Virus record (IMG/VR): IMGVR_UViG_3300020472_002474
Source: an uncultured virus (IMG/VR IMGVR_UViG_3300020472_002474)
Lineage: Duplodnaviria; Heunggongvirae; Uroviricota; Caudoviricetes
Length of the DNA: 64,000 nucleotides
Strand: one strand, 5' to 3'
The translations under genes and the position numbers were made by a program. Numbering within the stretch: the stretch's first letter is position 1; every line of letters starts with the position of its first letter. Shown here one piece after another: positions 61,801-64,000 of this stretch. Below the pieces are notes generated by a model. That model was given only the letters and a program-made list of their open reading frames with translations. It did no database searches and was not told where the DNA came from.

Positions 61801-64000
61801 CAGATGAGAGTTGTATATTTGAGGCCGCCATTTCAAATGTATTGGTATCTATATCAACCGCGGCTCCTGTGAATTTGAAATGACCACTCGAACCCACAAA
61901 CGATACTCTTGGTGCACTTCCAGCGTTATTGTATCCTAAAAATACCCCACTATGTCCATATCCAACCGTACCACCAGTTTGACCGATTGCTAAATATGGA
62001 TTTGCATCTGATCCTTGGGCTAACCATTGTCTATTTGTTCCCAATGACATTGAAGCTTGTCCAGAGGATAGTTGAAATCCTGTTGCCGTAATGTTGAGTT
62101 CTGTTACATTGATATCAATATCAGAACCAGTAATATTAAAATTACCATTTTCAAATAATATTCCACCATCTGCATCACCAAAACGGAAATTACCATCTCC
62201 ATCCATAAAAATACCACTACCAGTAGATAAACTAATAAAGTCTGCATCAGGTCCCATTCTAAATGTTGGTGTTCCTTCACCCTCTATGATAATTTTACCT
62301 TTTGGATAAGTTGGAGAGTGTCCAAGACTCATACTTGCCTGTGTGGTAGAGACTTGAATGGTTGATGCTGATATTTCAAGTTTCTGCGATGCTATATCTA
62401 AGTTACCATGTTGTAATTTTATAAAATCGGTTGCATCACCAATATGAAATTCAGGATTTGCATTATTATTTGCGAACCAAAAACCTTCGGTTGTATCACT
62501 TACACTTGATTTACCAGTTCTAATATATCCCTTTGAAGAATTTCCAAATATTTCAATTTGTTTTGAACTATTAGAACCAACAAAAATTTTACTATTTGCT
62601 CCGTCAAGTAAAATATTACCTTCACCCAATGACATACTTGCATTTAAGGAACTTATTTCAATATTGGTTGCATCTAATTCAAGACCTTGAGAAAGTTTTA
62701 TGTCGAAATTACTACCATCGAATGATAAGTAATTTGTAGCACTTGCTACAAGTTCCATTTTAGGTACAGTTGAATCCATACCAACGATAATACCAGCTGT
62801 AGATTGGTCGAAATGAGTAAAGGAAGTTTTACTTCCCATAGTCATAAAATTATCAGTTCCACCACCTTGTATGGTAACTTTATTTGCTGAACCAATTGTT
62901 ATTTTTGCATTTGCCCCATCGAATACAATCGTCCCATCATTTAATGACATTGATTTATGACCAGATGATATTTGTAAATCACCAGTATTTGCATCAAGTT
63001 CAAATGTTGTGGTGTCTATGTCAAGACCAGCCCCATCAAATTTTATATGACCACCAGTTCCTACTGCTGAAAACTTTGGTGTTGAACCACCTGATACTCC
63101 AAGAAATACTCCTGTTGCACCATAGGCTTTACTTGCGAGAGCTACACTTGGTTGTAAACTGATATATGGATTATTACTATTACCTCTTATAACAACCTCA
63201 TCAGAAGTTCCCAAAGACATTGAGGCTTGTGTTGAAGAAATTCGAATAGAACCAGCGTCATCATGAAATCCAGAAGTTGTTAAATTCCAACCTGAAATAT
63301 TTTGACTACCCGAACCAATAAATAAAAGGTTTGAATAATTGTTATTTGAATCCTTTTGTATTATTTGTAAACCATAATCATTAATTGCATGTAAATCAGT
63401 AGTATCACTTAATCCACCGAGTCTAACTACCTTTATAGCTCCATTATCTATATCTTCATCTTTTCTATATACGGAAAAACCTTCTTGAATATTCTGAGTG
63501 TTGTCATTGACAGATGACATATAAACTCTCGTAAAGTCTTGATATGCAGCTGAACCACTTATAGCCTTAGAAATCCAACTTCCACTTATTGCCCAACCTG
63601 CAATTTGATTTGAATTTCCTAATCGGAATAAAGTATCACCACCTGAAATTCCTTTAATACCCCAATTAGTAGCTGTGGTATGATATAATTCTAACTTATT
63701 ATTACTATCTTCTTGAACTGTGATAATCGGTGTTGAGTTATCTGCATCAAGTATAATACCCTTATTGGAAGCGTTAACACTTGAAAGTGTATCACCTATT
63801 ATGTCCCAATTTGCAATTCTACCACTTGTAGCAGTTATCTTTCCTTCTATATTTGCTGCACTTGCAGTTATCCGTCCATCTGCAGAAACTTTAAATTGAC
63901 TTGATGAAATAAAAGATACTGGATCATCTGTTGCTGCAGAAGATGATATTCTCCAATGAGGTGGATATGCCAAAGATGTACTTTCTATCTGTGCTCCACC
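52883..64000 (-). CDS. Giant repeat-built tail fibre with C-terminal S74 chaperone; 5' end beyond window (>3,700 aa)
   Basis: Frame stays open from 63973 to 64000 (GGAQIESTSLAYP); G/S/T/A-rich beta-repeats; C-terminal VSDERLKDNI...GLIAQD...YDKAIPLLVEGIK. Confidence 0.85.
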   Translation of the reverse strand, partial: GGAQIESTSLAYPPHWRISSSAATDDPVSFISSSQFKVSADGRITASAANIEGKITATSGRIANWDIIGDTLSSVNASNKGIILDADNSTPIITVQEDSNNKLELYHTTATNWGIKGISGGDTLFRLGNSNQIAGWAISGSWISKAISGSAAYQDFTRVYMSSVNDNTQNIQEGFSVYRKDEDIDNGAIKVVRLGGLSDTTDLHAINDYGLQIIQKDSNNNYSNLLFIGSGSQNISGWNLTTSGFHDDAGSIRISSTQASMSLGTSDEVVIRGNSNNPYISLQPSVALASKAYGATGVFLGVSGGSTPKFSAVGTGGHIKFDGAGLDIDTTTFELDANTGDLQISSGHKSMSLNDGTIVFDGANAKITIGSANKVTIQGGGTDNFMTMGSKTSFTHFDQSTAGIIVGMDSTVPKMELVASATNYLSFDGSNFDIKLSQGLELDATNIEISSLNASMSLGEGNILLDGANSKIFVGSNSSKQIEIFGNSSKGYIRTGKSSVSDTTEGFWFANNNANPEFHIGDATDFIKLQHGNLDIASQKLEISASTIQVSTTQASMSLGHSPTYPKGKIIIEGEGTPTFRMGPDADFISLSTGSGIFMDGDGNFRFGDADGGILFENGNFNITGSDIDINVTELNITATGFQLSSGQASMSLGTNRQWLAQGSDANPYLAIGQTGGTVGYGHSGVFLGYNNAGSAPRVSFVGSSGHFKFTGAAVDIDTNTFEMAASNIQLSSAHASMSLGGVPGAAANILLDGGNSRVEVGSANKVTIQGGNTDNFITMGSKTSFSHFDQSTEGIIIGMDSTVPKLEIAKNSANYFSFDGTNFDIKLSEGFELDATNIEISSTHASMSIGDGKIKMVGGSTSTLSVGAANAITLKDDGTDRFLVIGSKTSFSHFDQSTAGVILGTDSGTTKFEIAGNATNYLSFDGTNFDVKLTEGLELDATNIELSSTHASMSLGEGKIKMVGASTSFITIGAANAITLKDDGTDRFLTVGSKTSFSHFDQSTAGVIFGTDGGTTKFELAGSATNYLSFDGTNFDIKLSEGLELDATNIEISSTHASMSIGEGKILLDGANGKMTVGTSNKVTIQGGGTDNFITMGSKTSFSHEGSGTAGILIGMDGSNPQAEFVKNSSDYFIFDDGIDIKTTAFELSTTNLDLSSTHASMSLGEGKILLVGASSPYFQIGDSNPITIKTDGTDQFIVMGSKTSFSHYDKSTVGIILGMDAAVPKFEMAKSGDEYLRWDSTDGLDIRTKNLEVSASNLEVSSQHASMSIGDPNSSGGAIVLHADGTDKMLKFGGKTTFDQTTTAGLIMGMDATNPEFDYTVGTGNNQYLRMTPAGIDIKTPAFKLDTDRLDIDSSTSRIDVYDASDGLRVRIGEIDPTGGDQYGLVIYDGSGTAGADEIAHFGSDYNKIASWSISTTQISSENIVIDSAGIIQTSDFASGVQGWRITSANNGEAEFEKVTVRGTLATTVFEKESVNAVGGQLYVANSTIISSSTDIAASDTTMSVANVGGFVANEVISAKKVSDTGFQTEYMLIQSASRDVPSSDTNFMGKLFVVRGYSGSLETTSGSVGDAASSAQTYSQGQVIVSTGKVGTGFIRLNANPNDTTTPYIDIVERTGSAVFDVELKTRLGDLSGLSSGLLYGETNPGFGLFAENVFLQGGITAQTGSITGKLHVRTDASNQVVIGTDVQSTNDGIFINNNNYWYTTGAWKVGGGNFFISNDASGNVSIQPNTFELSAGSGDIQISSTHKSMSLGDGDIFFQSPNSSQAVGRIGATSTKAIFITGSSTQGAIRSGKTSVSDTTEGFWLANNNTDAEFVVGDGTDFLKFDDNALTVKTRAFELAANTDDLQISAAHKSMSLGGNKITIQGAASPSITIGSSNAITIKTDGTDQFLTMGSKTSFTHEGSGTAGILIGMDGSNPQAEFVKNASEYFIFDDGLDIKTVNFELDANSGDLQISSAHKSMSLGGQVTLDGTNTKITVGSSNAITIQGGNTDNFIAMGSKGSFSNEGSGTAGILIGMDATNPQAEFVKSATNYFIFDGGTGVDIKTTTFELDASNLELSSTHSSMSLGEGKIVLQGSSTPFITVGSSNPITIKTDGTDQFITMGSKTSFSHEGSGTAGILIGMDSTNPQAEFVKSATNYFIFDDGVDIKTEDFELDASNIEISSTNASMSIGEGKILLDGANGKITVGTSNSVTIQGGSTDNFMAMGSKTSFSQEGSGTAGILIGMDATNPQAEFVKSATNYFIFDGGTGVDIKTTQLDLAAGTTDLQISSTHKSMSLNNGNVKLLGSGNVGYAQFGSAPALSDNLIISASATQQVLKAGVSESFAGAVANNEQGFILERALTTTKFHVGSGTEYIRFDGTNIDIAAANFNLTASNVNITAGDGIEVDAPDFEVSSTHKSMSLGYNTSANGGITMVGGDTQTIGFGNKTGYRMTLQSDANDSFLQIGSPTIANPAQEGILIANDGGNAEFHLYKNSTNYFKFDAGATPALDVKTVSLEIATQGLTISGRDASTAANNKIALGSASSKTAGAGAWIDGAGNFRVGTATSGNSFMYFDASSNNLAVRTDDLVIDTSTVDITTEHGGMIALGATSASLADLSGAGIFLSGSGEFNFEYNSLNYIKRDGTDFKIGSQNFSLSGSTTLAIDTSKIRLGSNATSTLVHGSEGIFLNSSGHFSFKEDANNYIIGGNNNFDIAADNFTLDATTIYMDSAVNSGMIGLGTDGSAVTHGATGIYLDGTGKFSFVEDGANFIKGGNSNFEIQSEKFDLLSSNLRVSSSGGGTIAMGSTIPTTLTSNGVLLSGSGDFNFQGDANNFLRFSSNTLQLKASELVIDTAKVDIDTQTQMFAMGGTSASLSDLSTNGIFFSGSGEFNLQQDSNNFIKRQIIDGTSKLNIKTSTFDLVTDTLQLESTTPKLQLDDAGAKLIVGSLDSVTDVTDGDSGLYAQGDGLLLMKHDANNYIQFNSGLVIKAQNFDLNTSTLRVSSSNGGVISLGATPPTSATSGTGFFVSGSGNEFLVGNASGNRIQYTNNAIVLQSNTFALTTATLVIDSATNSGKIAMGSTPNTSVAGTNAGIYMDGTGDFLAYGNASNFIKKDGTSLEMKSTTFNLTANTNDLVIDSAGHSISLADGNITLDGTSTGFFEIGTLADTSTIATTNSGMRVDGAGNFLLKADDSGTNFIKFDVDGGDDALQISSSNFRLSSAGAEIKGDISAETGYFSDVVAGGGTADIISGTNSGKKPVESWGDTNSPSAVKSAAAISSDFSSWGRDNDQFGNGDQNWSGSAVIGNLNPQGITNAGSFHTIVYDGRDTAAINNTLSDEQNTNHTPYPKATQFSPQSLADGHAQYQQSSGYFSSTTANTQLFRPVCCFIRPSEHRWIAPDELVNGMFGGQLMLQLFSPRLTTTDFYAAQGASENITFSLAWKLLGFANGTGGAPDFNCYLNIKLVKYDSITTVYDQQQYRFTEGTTANQMRDWYTVNFTDIMSRISNNDIKVMIEFYVDYKDDDSGPELDLYGFAMTELKFKKESKFISGFRAGTGAIRDHLALGVTGSAGHADIIFKDTDPLGSGVPAYRFSVQSTCKFRFNKNVESVGSFVGSVSDERLKDNIEIIDDPLTKIGKLKGVTFDWKEEAGEVARANGFDTETGLIAQDIENVIPDAVIPAPFNQNYKTINYDKAIPLLVEGIKKLTEKVNQLEATISGSNSS
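56780..63260 (-). repeat. About 18 imperfect ~90-106-aa repeats in the tail fibre, in two arrays around a unique central domain
   Basis: Recurrent ELDAxNIEISSTH(A/K)SMS(L/I)G...MGSKTSF motif. Identical DNA tracts include 57636-57682 = 60666-60712 (47 bp) and 58233-58270 = 60633-60670 (38 bp). Confidence 0.9.

Noticed and set aside
208..63162. All plus-strand ORFs and short nested minus-strand ORFs in the track (e.g. 54126..54770, 50734..51126, 208..393)
   Set aside because: They are antisense or out-of-frame shadows of long motif-bearing minus-strand genes, with no recognisable motifs of their own.
56780..63260. Diversity-generating retroelement or shufflon acting on the fibre
   Set aside because: No reverse transcriptase or invertase in the window; repeats are in-frame and direct, without an evident adenine-specific mismatch pattern.
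1..64000. Alternative genetic code (stop-codon reassignment, seen in some huge phages)
   Set aside because: Code 11 gives near-complete coding density, and TAA, TGA and TAG (e.g. 18866, 25358, 47550) all end genes at sensible boundaries.

Overview
AT-rich, gene-dense segment with every credible gene on the minus strand, mostly stop/start coupled, and AGGAG-type RBSs. It is best read as part of a very large (jumbo/huge) tailed dsDNA phage, probably aquatic. In transcription order (right to left) it has three parts. (1) Tail/adhesin module, ~47.5-64 kb: a >3,700-aa repeat-built tail fibre with a C-terminal S74 chaperone (open at the window edge), a near-standalone S74 protein, and two fibre-tip-like proteins that each end in a Hint (intein-like) domain with a non-nucleophilic +1 residue and flank a GT-B glycosyltransferase. 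(2) A contiguous ~44-kb glycan synthesis/decoration cluster, 3.2-47.5 kb: 10 paralogous GT10-like proteins, 3 GT7 (beta-1,4-GalT-like) proteins with a LamG domain inserted in the catalytic domain, Gmd, a His-type PLP 3-dehydratase, a ThDP alpha/beta pair, RmlC, SDRs, Ugd, a carbamoyltransferase, 5 SGNH-like proteins, 2 B12-radical SAM, a twitch radical SAM, methyltransferases, oxygenases and a sulfotransferase-like protein. (3) A small block with a ferredoxin, a holin-like protein and four unrelated proteins (including a CCA-adding enzyme and a P-loop kinase) that share an N-terminal MIKLxxLLxE leader resembling the T4 capsid-targeting sequence. Main candidates for undescribed biology: a phage virion/tail glycosylation system coupled to Hint-processed adhesins, and a leader-defined set of packaged/injected enzymes. 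All family calls come from motifs recognised by eye; no database searches were run.
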